Shown here: piece by piece, positions 28,301 to 36,378 of the stretch | How the letters are laid out: each line of letters starts with the position of its first letter | Position numbering within the stretch: position 1 is the first letter of the stretch | Origin: an uncultured virus (IMG/VR IMGVR_UViG_3300033175_000002) | Lineage: Duplodnaviria > Heunggongvirae > Uroviricota > Caudoviricetes | DNA: 64,000 nucleotides | Reading direction: 5' to 3' (one strand) | Virus record (IMG/VR): IMGVR_UViG_3300033175_000002 | The notes under the pieces: generated by a model | Database searches by the model: none | Told to the model about the DNA's origin: nothing | The model's input: the letters and a program-made list of their open reading frames with translations, nothing else | Program-made: the position numbers and the translations under genes

Positions 28301-29965
28301 CTGAACGGGAGCTCGGAATATTTTGGGGACCGCTCGAACTTGATCGCGTCCCTCCGTCGAGACGTTCAAGTCGGGTTCCACCCGCCGGGGACCGATACCG
28401 AGAAGGGCGTGATCGATCACGAGATGGCCCACGTCCTCGACATCTGGTACGGGCTCAGCAACAATCGCAAAATTAACGCCATCTGGGATAAGCACTTCAC
28501 TAAGGAGATCAAGTCGGGACTGTCCGAGTACGCCCTGGAAAACGAGCGAGAATTTATCGCGGAAGCCTGGAGCGAGTACAAGAACTCGCCGAACCCCCGG
28601 CCCATATCGGTCGAGGTCGGTCAAGCGATCGAGGAGCGGATCGCGTTTACCCTCAAGCGGAAGGGTCGATCGTTGCCGGGTCGGGTCGAGTCCCCCAAAC
28701 CGACCGTCCCGCCCCAGATGAAAGAACGGCTCAAAAGCCTGAGATCGAAGTTCGGAGGGCTCCGACTCTACATCCTCACCTGGAACGAGACCGCATCGAA
28801 ACTCCAGGGGGAGGGGCTGGTCCGGTCCCAGGTCGAGACGTACGTCCGGCAGCAAGAGACCGCGCTCAAGAACGCTGTCACCGCTGCCCAGGTGGCCGCC
28901 GAGATCCGGCAGATCGAAGAGATGTACCGGGCCGCTGGAGAGGAGGTACCCGGGAAAGAGATCGATTCGACCGTCCCACCGGCGACCCGGCTCGATTTCG
29001 ATGAGCTCGTCGAGAAACGGGCCAAGCTCTCGAAAAAGAGGTTCGCCGACCTGCTCTCCCAGATGAGGACCCACCTCCGGGTCGTGGCCTCGTTCAACGA
29101 GTCGATCGAATCCCAGATCACTGCAGATGCGGATTTCTACGTCCTGGTGGCCCGTCGAGCTATTGCGGCTGGGGCCCTCCAGACCGCGGTCGAGGTGGCG
29201 TCCGAGCTGCTGGCGGTGGCCGAGGAGATCGAACGGGCGACCGGCGAGGACTACGTTTCGAAAATCTCCCCGGACCCCCGCGAGATCGAGCTCGTCGTGA
29301 CCGAAGCCGAGATTCAGTCGAAGATCGAGGAGGCGAAAAAGAGAGCCGAGGGGGAGGCGAAACCACCCGAACCGGTCCCAGGTGGTCCCAACCCCTATCA
29401 AGATCCCGGGTCAAAAATGTACGCCTGGGGCGGGTTCGAGCGCAGCGTCACCGCGGAAGAGCGGAAGGTCATCGACCGCTACTGCTCGAACGATTTCGAA
29501 GAGATCAACCCCCTCCTGAGAGAGAGCCGAAACTTCGTCCGCGAGGGGGACCCCGACCTGGTCGAAAAGATTCAGATCCTCGACGACGTCGTGTCCCGGG
29601 GACGCCTGAAACCCCAGACCGTCTACCGAGGGATGACCGGCTACCCAGAGGTCGTTCAAAAGTTCGTGAAAGGCGTCGGGACGGAGGTCATGGATAAAGC
29701 GTTTGTTTCTACGACAGCCGACCTCGACGTGGCAAAAGGGTTCGCGGCTGACAGCATGGGGCTACCTTCTGTCCTGCTGGAGATCCAAGTGCCAAAAGGG
29801 GCTCCGGGGGTGTTCGTGGCCCCCTTCTCCGAAGCAGTAACCGAGACGGGCGCTAACGAGAACGAGATCCTGTTGCCCCGGAACAGCCGGTTCAAAATAT
29901 TGAGCGCGACCCGCTCTTCAGATGGTTCGTATCGGGTCGCTGCCGAGATGATAGTGGAGGGTTGA
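25388..29965 (+). CDS. MuF (SPP1 gp7-like) head morphogenesis protein fused to two zincin-like domains and a C-terminal ADP-ribosyltransferase
   Basis: GDERMCSICG...PPYHPRCRC (MuF); HEMAH...LSEYA...EFIAEAW; INPLLR...TVYRG...FVSTT...ENEILLPR (R-S-E ART); start uncertain (25340-25400). Confidence 0.9.
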   Translation: MGWGMTEVEDIVEEMGNRFAVRVSDRTRENLIRAYGRGADLVAYEATGKTGPVSLGGSTPSRVDAVIKEVCKPIEDWNRQLASDVSDAVRQKMAEGASPGELARFIREDLAEKIGDRPVTIHRDGKRPWTSTPKNYADLVSRTLPNRLRNEAYLEHGEKMGIYDGWVSIATGDERMCSICGARHGRFFPFGADVPPYHPRCRCRAVLHLREGATPPEGAPSPEELAWCKVAWEEIDDAYAKVVALDEERKRLAIRARGEPLAGADAKKLAQIEAQMARLRSKAAKKQAELYRVRAKFHAQMSWQQAEDRLRVGAGRDFAHFEGLKNSAARDVGAVLNAYMTDYPEFFADQMGLVLTHTEIGRGAVDRTLQREMVDELVRRGASRDWAQFVVGQQAKGRASELVKSLMIPPEGIPWATRRGDLGGLRVLVLHDQTVGDLDALSAAMLQDVLAGRRSWGSENPLSVIESEMGRTIASKLDLAYKGTLLSDLYDSIGPARIRDELSAQATVSRQDFLAEAWVEFRLSPSPRPLATAVGRYMEEELQVYEQQHRGQVRPAGSLGARLLDPATPVRGEVPKGPNEAEIDAKVEESKRLRQRWADLAATIRSMNAHIKRLASRAAIPRAEIGSAEARYAIAREAETELTQTHRAILDIDAWFRSSGVSPVPIAPWSESRIELDPMPDLRGEAMRKALALEKQIEQGIAQLRTWAAEIEDFNSNVVTEIESGMGEDEMRSWLATVISTHKEMRALHKSLEPLVAPVKEWLDRDLGPALADSHPDKTKIAHTLGSLLEMIKGRLAGEAAEKLREAAAPHPGGVHETAEMVDLRARLLETEAELARLRAEGSVGTIPQRNQLLKEVVDMRREYGELMKADVLARSKVPHGRAVKESDKHLRTYLADTYGHKVRVNYGAVAKDSANLLNSMVAEYMEYAPTPKKGFGSIGDAATSGRGDYSSAYAFTSGKMFGPTDRVGLYLNGSSEYFGDRSNLIASLRRDVQVGFHPPGTDTEKGVIDHEMAHVLDIWYGLSNNRKINAIWDKHFTKEIKSGLSEYALENEREFIAEAWSEYKNSPNPRPISVEVGQAIEERIAFTLKRKGRSLPGRVESPKPTVPPQMKERLKSLRSKFGGLRLYILTWNETASKLQGEGLVRSQVETYVRQQETALKNAVTAAQVAAEIRQIEEMYRAAGEEVPGKEIDSTVPPATRLDFDELVEKRAKLSKKRFADLLSQMRTHLRVVASFNESIESQITADADFYVLVARRAIAAGALQTAVEVASELLAVAEEIERATGEDYVSKISPDPREIELVVTEAEIQSKIEEAKKRAEGEAKPPEPVPGGPNPYQDPGSKMYAWGGFERSVTAEERKVIDRYCSNDFEEINPLLRESRNFVREGDPDLVEKIQILDDVVSRGRLKPQTVYRGMTGYPEVVQKFVKGVGTEVMDKAFVSTTADLDVAKGFAADSMGLPSVLLEIQVPKGAPGVFVAPFSEAVTETGANENEILLPRNSRFKILSATRSSDGSYRVAAEMIVEG

Positions 29966-29967
29966 CG

Positions 29968-30390
29968 ATGGAACATCCCGATATGGCCGAGCTAACTTAC
30001 GCCTCGTGCGTTGCGTGTAAACATAAGAGCCTGACCGGGCCTACCTGTACTGCTTACCCTGACGGTATCCCCGAACCCATCTTAGCGGGGCGGGTCTCTC
30101 ACCTGGACTCGTACCCAGGGGACAACGGGATCAGGTTCGACCGTGAGGAGGGGTCGGAGTGGATCCGGTTCACCTGGCAGACTACTGAGGAGGGGAGGCG
30201 GGTCGTAGGGCTGGCCCGGGCTGCGGTCGAGACCTGGAACCGCGACTTCCTTCGGCGGAGGTGGTCCGAACCGGAGGACGGTCTTAGGGCTGAGTACTCC
30301 CGGGTCGTCTCCCTGCTGGCCGAGGCCCAGCCCCTCGATACCGAATCCCCGCTTCCCAGGCCCAAACTGCTGACCCGGTGGGGGCCCTGA
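29968..30390 (+). CDS. Cys-rich protein, candidate immunity protein 1
   Basis: CVACKH...CTAYPDGIP..IL.G...H...YPGDNGIRF; directly after the toxin domain. Confidence 0.6.
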   Translation: MEHPDMAELTYASCVACKHKSLTGPTCTAYPDGIPEPILAGRVSHLDSYPGDNGIRFDREEGSEWIRFTWQTTEEGRRVVGLARAAVETWNRDFLRRRWSEPEDGLRAEYSRVVSLLAEAQPLDTESPLPRPKLLTRWGP

Positions 30391-30414
30391 CCGGCCCGCC
30401 TTAAAATTTAGGCT

Positions 30415-30628
30415 GTGCAGATCGGCCATAACTTGTGATAATTTTGGATCCGTAAGTCTGAAGATTCCGGGAAAACTGCTAAACCGCTACCAGGCTCGGC
30501 CGTCCTAGCCTCGCGTTGGCGGCCGATCTCGATCGGGCCTTTATGTTAGAAGCTCGGGTTTTATCTGGCCCGTTTATTCAATTTTATATCGAATTATCCT
30601 GGCCGTTGAATCTGGTTCGGGCCGAATC
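30415..30628 (+). repeat. Long direct repeat copy 1
   Basis: 30415-30614 matches 58281-58480 with 2 mismatches; similarity extends 14 bp further. Confidence 0.97.
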
Positions 30629-30697
30629 TCGGCTATCAGACTAAAAATTCAAAGTTGCCCGAAAGGTATTTATGAACATTCTCGCCTATAATGACTC

Positions 30698-30886
30698 ATG
30701 GTTATCGGACCGGCTCCGGTTTGCCTGGACTGCCGTCATCTGAGGCTCAAAAAGGGGAACATTCACTGTGAAGCGTTCCCGGACGAAATCCCGGCCGAGA
30801 TATGGATCGGGGGAGCTTCGCATGACGAACCCTTCCCGGGGGACCATGGGATCCGGTTCGAACCGAAGGATGACGTCGAACCCTGA
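30698..30886 (+). CDS. Cys-rich protein, candidate immunity protein 2 (paralogue of 29968)
   Basis: CLDCRH...CEAFPDEIP..IW.G...H...FPGDHGIRF; own TATA-like box GAAAGGTATTTATG at 30661. Confidence 0.65.
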   Translation: MVIGPAPVCLDCRHLRLKKGNIHCEAFPDEIPAEIWIGGASHDEPFPGDHGIRFEPKDDVEP

Positions 30887-30971
30887 CGAGCCCCGTACCG
30901 CCCATTCGATTCTATTTTGCTGACTTGCCCGGTTCCGGAGGGGGTCGAAGTCAGTCGTACGGAGGACCGTC

Positions 30972-31262
30972 ATGCCTACTAAAACTTGTGGACGTACTTG
31001 CTGCCCGTCTTGTGGATGCGAACTTGAGATCACCGAGACCGAGGAGGGATCGCTGGGCTGTATCGAGTTCCTCGGACCTGAGGCCCTGCTGCTGGCCGGA
31101 TACGTGAAGACTCGAAACGGGGCCATCATGTTCGTCGGACCCGACGGGACCGCCTACTCCCGGACCGAGGCGGTAACCAAATTCGGTCTGTCCGAGGTCG
31201 AACATCAGGAGCGGAAGGCTGCTGCGGCCGATCGGACGGTGATCAAGCTCGGGAAGTGGTGA
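30972..31262 (+). CDS. Hypothetical zinc-ribbon protein
   Basis: GGAGG RBS; CCPSCG. Confidence 0.55.
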   Translation: MPTKTCGRTCCPSCGCELEITETEEGSLGCIEFLGPEALLLAGYVKTRNGAIMFVGPDGTAYSRTEAVTKFGLSEVEHQERKAAAADRTVIKLGKW

Positions 31263-31267
31263 CTCCC

Positions 31268-31507
31268 ATGATCGACCTCGACTCTCTGCTTACGTTATCG
31301 TTTGGGGGGGTGGCCGGGCTGGCTGCCGGAGGGCTGATCGCTTACCATCACTTCAAACGGCTGCTGAACGCTGCCACCGATCTGCTCATAGCCATCCGGG
31401 ACGCTGCGGTCGACGATCGGATCACCGAGGAGGAGTTCCAGCAGATCATAGCTGCGGGTGGAGCTGTGATCGCTGAGCTGAGAGGGATTCGTAAACCGAA
31501 CCACTGA
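31268..31507 (+). CDS. Small single-pass membrane protein
   Basis: LLTLSFGGVAGLAAGGLIAY hydrophobic segment. Confidence 0.6.
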   Translation: MIDLDSLLTLSFGGVAGLAAGGLIAYHHFKRLLNAATDLLIAIRDAAVDDRITEEEFQQIIAAGGAVIAELRGIRKPNH

Positions 31508-31720
31508 TCGGACTGTTAGGCCGGTCCTAGAACCGGCCTAGAATACGCTAAATCTGGCCGTTAACCCTCGATTTATGCAGTATTTTGGCGATTAGACGGC
31601 CCAACCCGAGGCAAACTCATTTATACTTGAAAATTTGAAGTATAAGTTCGGGTGGGCGGGTCTGGAGTGGGGGAATCGCCTATACGCCCCTGGGGAGGGG
31701 CTAACCTGGAACCTAACTGC

Positions 31721-32953
31721 ATGATCGGGGAATTTTCGTTCGTGTCGGGCTCTCCGGTCGCCTTCGATCGGGCCGATGGGGGATCGGCCCGGATCGAGGG
31801 GCCGATGCTCAAAGAAGGCGTCTGGAACGGGATCTACGTCCCAGCCGCCGCTATCGAGGAGGCCCTACCCTCGATCCTCGGTCGGTACTGGCTGTCCGGT
31901 CACCTGGACGAAGGCTCCGAACCGTCTTGGCACTCGACCGCTATGGGGCTCGTCTCCGAGGCGGAGCTTCGAGGTGACGAGGCCGAGACGTGGATCGTCG
32001 TCGAACCGTGGCTCGACCGGATCCCGCCGGACCTGACCGATGCATTAGAGAGCGGAGAGCGGGTCGGAGTTTCAGCTGATTTTCGGGCCCAGTTCGTCGA
32101 AGAGGAGGGCGAGTTTAACGGCGTCCCGTACTCCGAGCGTGTACTTCACATGTATTATCTGCACGTGGCGTACGTGCCTCTTGGAGCTTGTTCAGTCGAT
32201 GACGGCTGCTTTTCGAGGATGTCGTTCAAGTCTGGAGTGGGTGTAATGACGAAGAAATCTGTCAAGGAGAAGCTGGTCCATCAGGCCGATGATGACGAGG
32301 GCGAAGTCGAGGAGGGGACCGTCACGGTCGTCTCTTTCAACAAGCCCGACGACGTCAGAGATTTCGTCCAGATGGTTCAGGATCAAGACGACCCAGCAGT
32401 GGCAGCCGAGATGCTGATCGGGCTCGCTGAATGGGTCGTCACGAACTGGGAGGACGGAACCGGCCCGTTCATAGCGCCACTGGAACCCGTCGAGGAGGGG
32501 TTCGGGAAGGGTGGAAAAAAGGTCTCCGAGAAGAAGTACGCCAAGAAGGTCGATGACAAGGAGCCGGCCAAGCTGTCCCCGACCAAGGCGTTCATCAAGC
32601 GCCGCCTTCAGAGGGTGATGCCGAACCTCACCGAGGAGCGGTTCGAGGAGGCGTACAATGGGGTCGATGAGGAGGTTCTGATCACGATCCTCGAGGACGT
32701 CGAGACCCTGCTCGATAGCGTCACCCAGGTCGCCGAGGAGGTCGAGGAGATCGTCGAGGAGATCGAGGATGAGGTCGGTGAGGGGGAGACCGGGTTTGCG
32801 AAATCCACTGCGAAGCGGTCGCCTCCGACCAAGATCAAGATCCAGCGGTCGCCGAAGACCAGCAAGCCGAGTTTCGCCGAGATGAAGAAGGGGTACAACA
32901 AGCGGCTCGGCATCAAATGCCCGAAGAGGGAAACGAGTGGGGGGAGCAAGTAG
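31721..32953 (+). CDS. Prohead protease fused to acidic scaffold region
   Basis: LKEGVWNG, WLSGH, VGVSADF, HVAYVPLGACSVDDGC, then E/K-rich tail; upstream of capsid genes. Confidence 0.78.
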   Translation: MIGEFSFVSGSPVAFDRADGGSARIEGPMLKEGVWNGIYVPAAAIEEALPSILGRYWLSGHLDEGSEPSWHSTAMGLVSEAELRGDEAETWIVVEPWLDRIPPDLTDALESGERVGVSADFRAQFVEEEGEFNGVPYSERVLHMYYLHVAYVPLGACSVDDGCFSRMSFKSGVGVMTKKSVKEKLVHQADDDEGEVEEGTVTVVSFNKPDDVRDFVQMVQDQDDPAVAAEMLIGLAEWVVTNWEDGTGPFIAPLEPVEEGFGKGGKKVSEKKYAKKVDDKEPAKLSPTKAFIKRRLQRVMPNLTEERFEEAYNGVDEEVLITILEDVETLLDSVTQVAEEVEEIVEEIEDEVGEGETGFAKSTAKRSPPTKIKIQRSPKTSKPSFAEMKKGYNKRLGIKCPKRETSGGSK

Positions 32954-33568
32954 ATGGCTCTAACTGGTTTAAGGGCCGGGTTCATCAAAGCCGGGCTGAC
33001 CGACATTACGGTCTGGCTCTACGAGGGCAATCTGACGGTCGGGTCGTCCCGGCGCCCGGGGGGGCTGTCCGTCAAGACGGCCATCGCTGCCAACGAGATC
33101 GAGGCCGGAGATATCGTCGAGTTCTGGGACCACACTGCGCTGACTCCGGATGCTACCCAGATGACGCCCGTCGTCCGGCCGATGACCGGGAACGGAGCCG
33201 CTTACGTGGCGGTGGTCGCTGAGGTCTTCCCGGCTGAGCGGTCGCCGGCCCAGAACGTCACCGATCTTGCCGAGATGCTGGCAAACCACTACCTCCGGAA
33301 GGCCAGGATCGTTCCGTTCGGGATGACCGGTCAGGTTCAGTACGAGGTCACCATACCCACAAACGGCACGGGAGCCGATTCGATCGATGTCGGGGTACCC
33401 GGGGCGCTGGCGTTCAACCTGGCTACGAAGAAGCTCGTCTACGAGGCAAGCATGGGCTCCGAGTGGATCCCGCTGCTTCACCTCGAAGGGTCAACGACCG
33501 TCGACGTGACGGACGGGATGATCTTCGGCATCGGCATCAAGACTCTGGAGAAAATTGGCGCGACCTGA
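32954..33568 (+). CDS. Probable capsid decoration/cement protein
   Basis: Position between protease and major capsid; beta-rich 204 aa. Confidence 0.55.
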   Translation: MALTGLRAGFIKAGLTDITVWLYEGNLTVGSSRRPGGLSVKTAIAANEIEAGDIVEFWDHTALTPDATQMTPVVRPMTGNGAAYVAVVAEVFPAERSPAQNVTDLAEMLANHYLRKARIVPFGMTGQVQYEVTIPTNGTGADSIDVGVPGALAFNLATKKLVYEASMGSEWIPLLHLEGSTTVDVTDGMIFGIGIKTLEKIGAT

Positions 33569-33593
33569 TAACTAAGGAGTGGGGGGAAACAAT

Positions 33594-34586
33594 ATGCCAA
33601 TAGGAGATTCTCCGGTCGGCAATCTGCCGAACGATCCATACATTCAGAAGGAGTTCTACGAGCCCGAGATCTACGGGCAGGTGACCCGCAAGCTGGCGCC
33701 TCTGATCGAGTTCCTGCCTCGGGTCGAGGCGGACGCTGAGGCGATCGTAGCTCTGAGGGAACAGCATTCCGCGAGCGACGACCCTAAGATGAGGTACCCG
33801 GCGATCCACGTTCCCGGAACGGAGTTCGCCCGGGTCACGATCAGCGGGCTCGAAGAGATCAGCACCGTCCTCGCCGAGGAGGGCCTGGAGTTCGCCATCT
33901 CGACTAGAGCTCGGCGCTGGGCCGTGAACCTGCCCCAGATCGAGTCGACCTACCGGCGCGTCGCGTACTGGATGGGCGACTACCTGAGCATGAAGCTCTT
34001 CACCAACCTGAAGGCGTTCGTGACTCAGGAGACCGCCGGGATGCAGTTCTACGACCGGTCGGTGATCAAGTGGGGGGCGCAAGGGTTCAACCCGATCACC
34101 GACCTCCGCAAGATGAAGACCGATATGCGGGACTTCCGGAAAGGGTTCAACGTCGACAACTTCTACGTCGAGTCGTCCAAGTACGACCAGCTGATCGATT
34201 TCCTGATCAACCTCGATATCGATCTCGACACCCGGAAAAATATGTTCGGGATGCCCGAGGCCGAGGCCGAGCAGCTGTACATCCCGATCCTGGGGGCGAC
34301 CGTCCACAGCGTCGTCTACGGGCTCGATGCGGGCGACCTCCTGGCCCTTGACTCCCGGAACCGGCCGGCAACCCTGTACTACGGCCGGAACCCTGAGTAC
34401 GGTCCTGCCGAGAACTGGGAGATGGAAAACGGGGAGTCGGTCGAGAACGATCTCGGGCTGCACAGCTTCGGCTACTTCGACAACCGGACCCACGACACGA
34501 TCCGGCAGCTCTGGTTCGAGCAGGGCATCCTCGTCACTGAACCCCAGGCCGGGCTGTTCGTTCCGAACGGCACCTACGGGATCTGA
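33594..34586 (+). CDS. Major capsid protein (HK97 fold, by position and size)
   Basis: 330 aa; KWGAQGFNPITDL motif reminiscent of gpE-like capsids; C-terminal ILVTEPQAGLF. Confidence 0.78.
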   Translation: MPIGDSPVGNLPNDPYIQKEFYEPEIYGQVTRKLAPLIEFLPRVEADAEAIVALREQHSASDDPKMRYPAIHVPGTEFARVTISGLEEISTVLAEEGLEFAISTRARRWAVNLPQIESTYRRVAYWMGDYLSMKLFTNLKAFVTQETAGMQFYDRSVIKWGAQGFNPITDLRKMKTDMRDFRKGFNVDNFYVESSKYDQLIDFLINLDIDLDTRKNMFGMPEAEAEQLYIPILGATVHSVVYGLDAGDLLALDSRNRPATLYYGRNPEYGPAENWEMENGESVENDLGLHSFGYFDNRTHDTIRQLWFEQGILVTEPQAGLFVPNGTYGI

Positions 34587-34595
34587 AGGGGGTCG

Positions 34596-35852
34596 ATGAC
34601 TATGGGCATCGGTTTCCTGGGGTTCCCGAAAAAGATCATCCGCAACCTGTTCGACGGCCGGATCGAGTTCGACGAGTTTGACGGGGGAGGGAACCCTCTC
34701 CAGAACGTCGGGCAGGCCGCTGAGGGGACCGACGTTCCGACCCTCGCCCAGGTCGAGGGGATGCTGGCCGAGCTTCCGGGGGGGGAAGCTGAGGTCAAGA
34801 GAGAGGAGTACGAAGGGCTGGAGGAGCGGGTCGACGACCTGGAGGTCACCCGTGGGATCCCTCAAATCCCTGAGATCATGGCGGTCCGGGCCGGTCGGAT
34901 CGACCTGAACGGTGAGGCCCCCGTTCAGGTGAGGTTCAAGGAGGCCCTGCCTCCCGAGATCATGGGGGACGAGGTTGCTCCGTTCGACGTCGGCACTTCC
35001 GGGTTTACGTTGGTGGGTACCGCGGACGGTGGATCCCAGAAGACTGCGACGTTCACGTTCGTTGCCGGGCACCACCTTTCCGGCGAGGATCCCGCCACGA
35101 ACCTCACTGCTGAGGTCGACACCTCATTTCTGATCGCCGTCGACGAAGACGTGGATGCGGAGGAGTTCAAGCTCGTCCAGCTGGACAACACCTCGCTTGA
35201 TTCTGGGGCAGCGATTGCGGCCGAAATGGAGACTAAGATCCAGGCCCTCGGTGGGATCTACGCTGCGGTGACCGTCGCCTACCAGACGACTCCGAACCAC
35301 CTCAAGATCACCTCCGGGACGAAAGGGACCGGCTCGAAGGTGGCCGTCACGAACGCCCCGTCCAAGGACGTTTGCGACGAGCTGAAGATCGGGGACGATG
35401 GGGTCAGTACCGATGGGACCGGGAACGTTGCCAACGGTGACGCAGTTACGATCGAGGAGGCTCTCGATGTCATCGGGGCTGCGTTCACCACGTTCGACGT
35501 TGTCGAGGGCGAGGGAGCCGACGAGGGCAGGATCGTGCTCAGGTCGAAGAAGGCCGACGAGACCGCGTCCGTCCTGATAGGGTCTGGGACGGGTAGCGCT
35601 GCACTGGGGTTCACTCCGACCGACGTAGTCTACGGGGAGAAGGGTCTCGGCTACGAGACCGATATGGAGGACTCCGAGTACTTCGTCATCCCGGTCATGG
35701 AGGGGACCGCCCAGGAAAGCCTCGGTGATATGGAGCTGTCGATCATCGACAAGACCCCGTCCGGGTTCAAGATCGCCTGCGAGACCCTAGCGGCTACTGA
35801 GACGGTGGCGTTCGTCATCTTCGGGGTCGCGGCTGAACCGGTGGAGGAGTGA
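34596..35852 (+). CDS. Acidic virion structural protein
   Basis: Directly after MCP; GAAIAAEMETKIQA...LKITSGTKGTGSKVAV repeats of structural beta domains. Confidence 0.6.
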   Translation: MTMGIGFLGFPKKIIRNLFDGRIEFDEFDGGGNPLQNVGQAAEGTDVPTLAQVEGMLAELPGGEAEVKREEYEGLEERVDDLEVTRGIPQIPEIMAVRAGRIDLNGEAPVQVRFKEALPPEIMGDEVAPFDVGTSGFTLVGTADGGSQKTATFTFVAGHHLSGEDPATNLTAEVDTSFLIAVDEDVDAEEFKLVQLDNTSLDSGAAIAAEMETKIQALGGIYAAVTVAYQTTPNHLKITSGTKGTGSKVAVTNAPSKDVCDELKIGDDGVSTDGTGNVANGDAVTIEEALDVIGAAFTTFDVVEGEGADEGRIVLRSKKADETASVLIGSGTGSAALGFTPTDVVYGEKGLGYETDMEDSEYFVIPVMEGTAQESLGDMELSIIDKTPSGFKIACETLAATETVAFVIFGVAAEPVEE

Positions 35853-35925
35853 GAGGAGCAGGGGGGACCCTCTCTTCCTTCCCCAGTGATCCGGCGGACA
35901 AACTGAGATTTGGAGGTACTACATT

Positions 35926-36363
35926 TTGAAACAAGTTCCGAAAGCTCCGAAGGGGAGGCGGGCGACCGAAGTCCCGACCGACCCGAAACATCTCGGCCCG
36001 GCCCAGATCGCCGAGCTGATAGCTGAACTCAGGAGGAGGCCCGAAGTCCCGATCGAGACCTTGACTGCCGACCACGGTACGGTCGAGGGTATCATCGACC
36101 TGCTGATCGTGAAGGGGCACGTTACCCTGGCGGAGGTTCAAGATTTCGGAGACCGCTACCAGTCGGGCGTGTCTGCGCTGGTCATGCTCTGTATCGAGAA
36201 GGGGCTGTTTACGGAGGCTGAGATGAACGCGGCTCTGGTCTCGTTCCATCATGTGATCCGGGCTTACGGCCATGGGTCAATGGTGACGCCGGACCAGATA
36301 TTCTCGGCCCGGCAGGCCCACCTCAAGACTCTGCTGGAGCAGGTCGAGGCCGAGGCTGGATAG
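35926..36363 (+). CDS. Hypothetical protein
   Basis: GGAGGT RBS, TTG start. Confidence 0.55.
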   Translation: MKQVPKAPKGRRATEVPTDPKHLGPAQIAELIAELRRRPEVPIETLTADHGTVEGIIDLLIVKGHVTLAEVQDFGDRYQSGVSALVMLCIEKGLFTEAEMNAALVSFHHVIRAYGHGSMVTPDQIFSARQAHLKTLLEQVEAEAG

Positions 36364-36378
36364 ATCGAGCGGGGAGCG

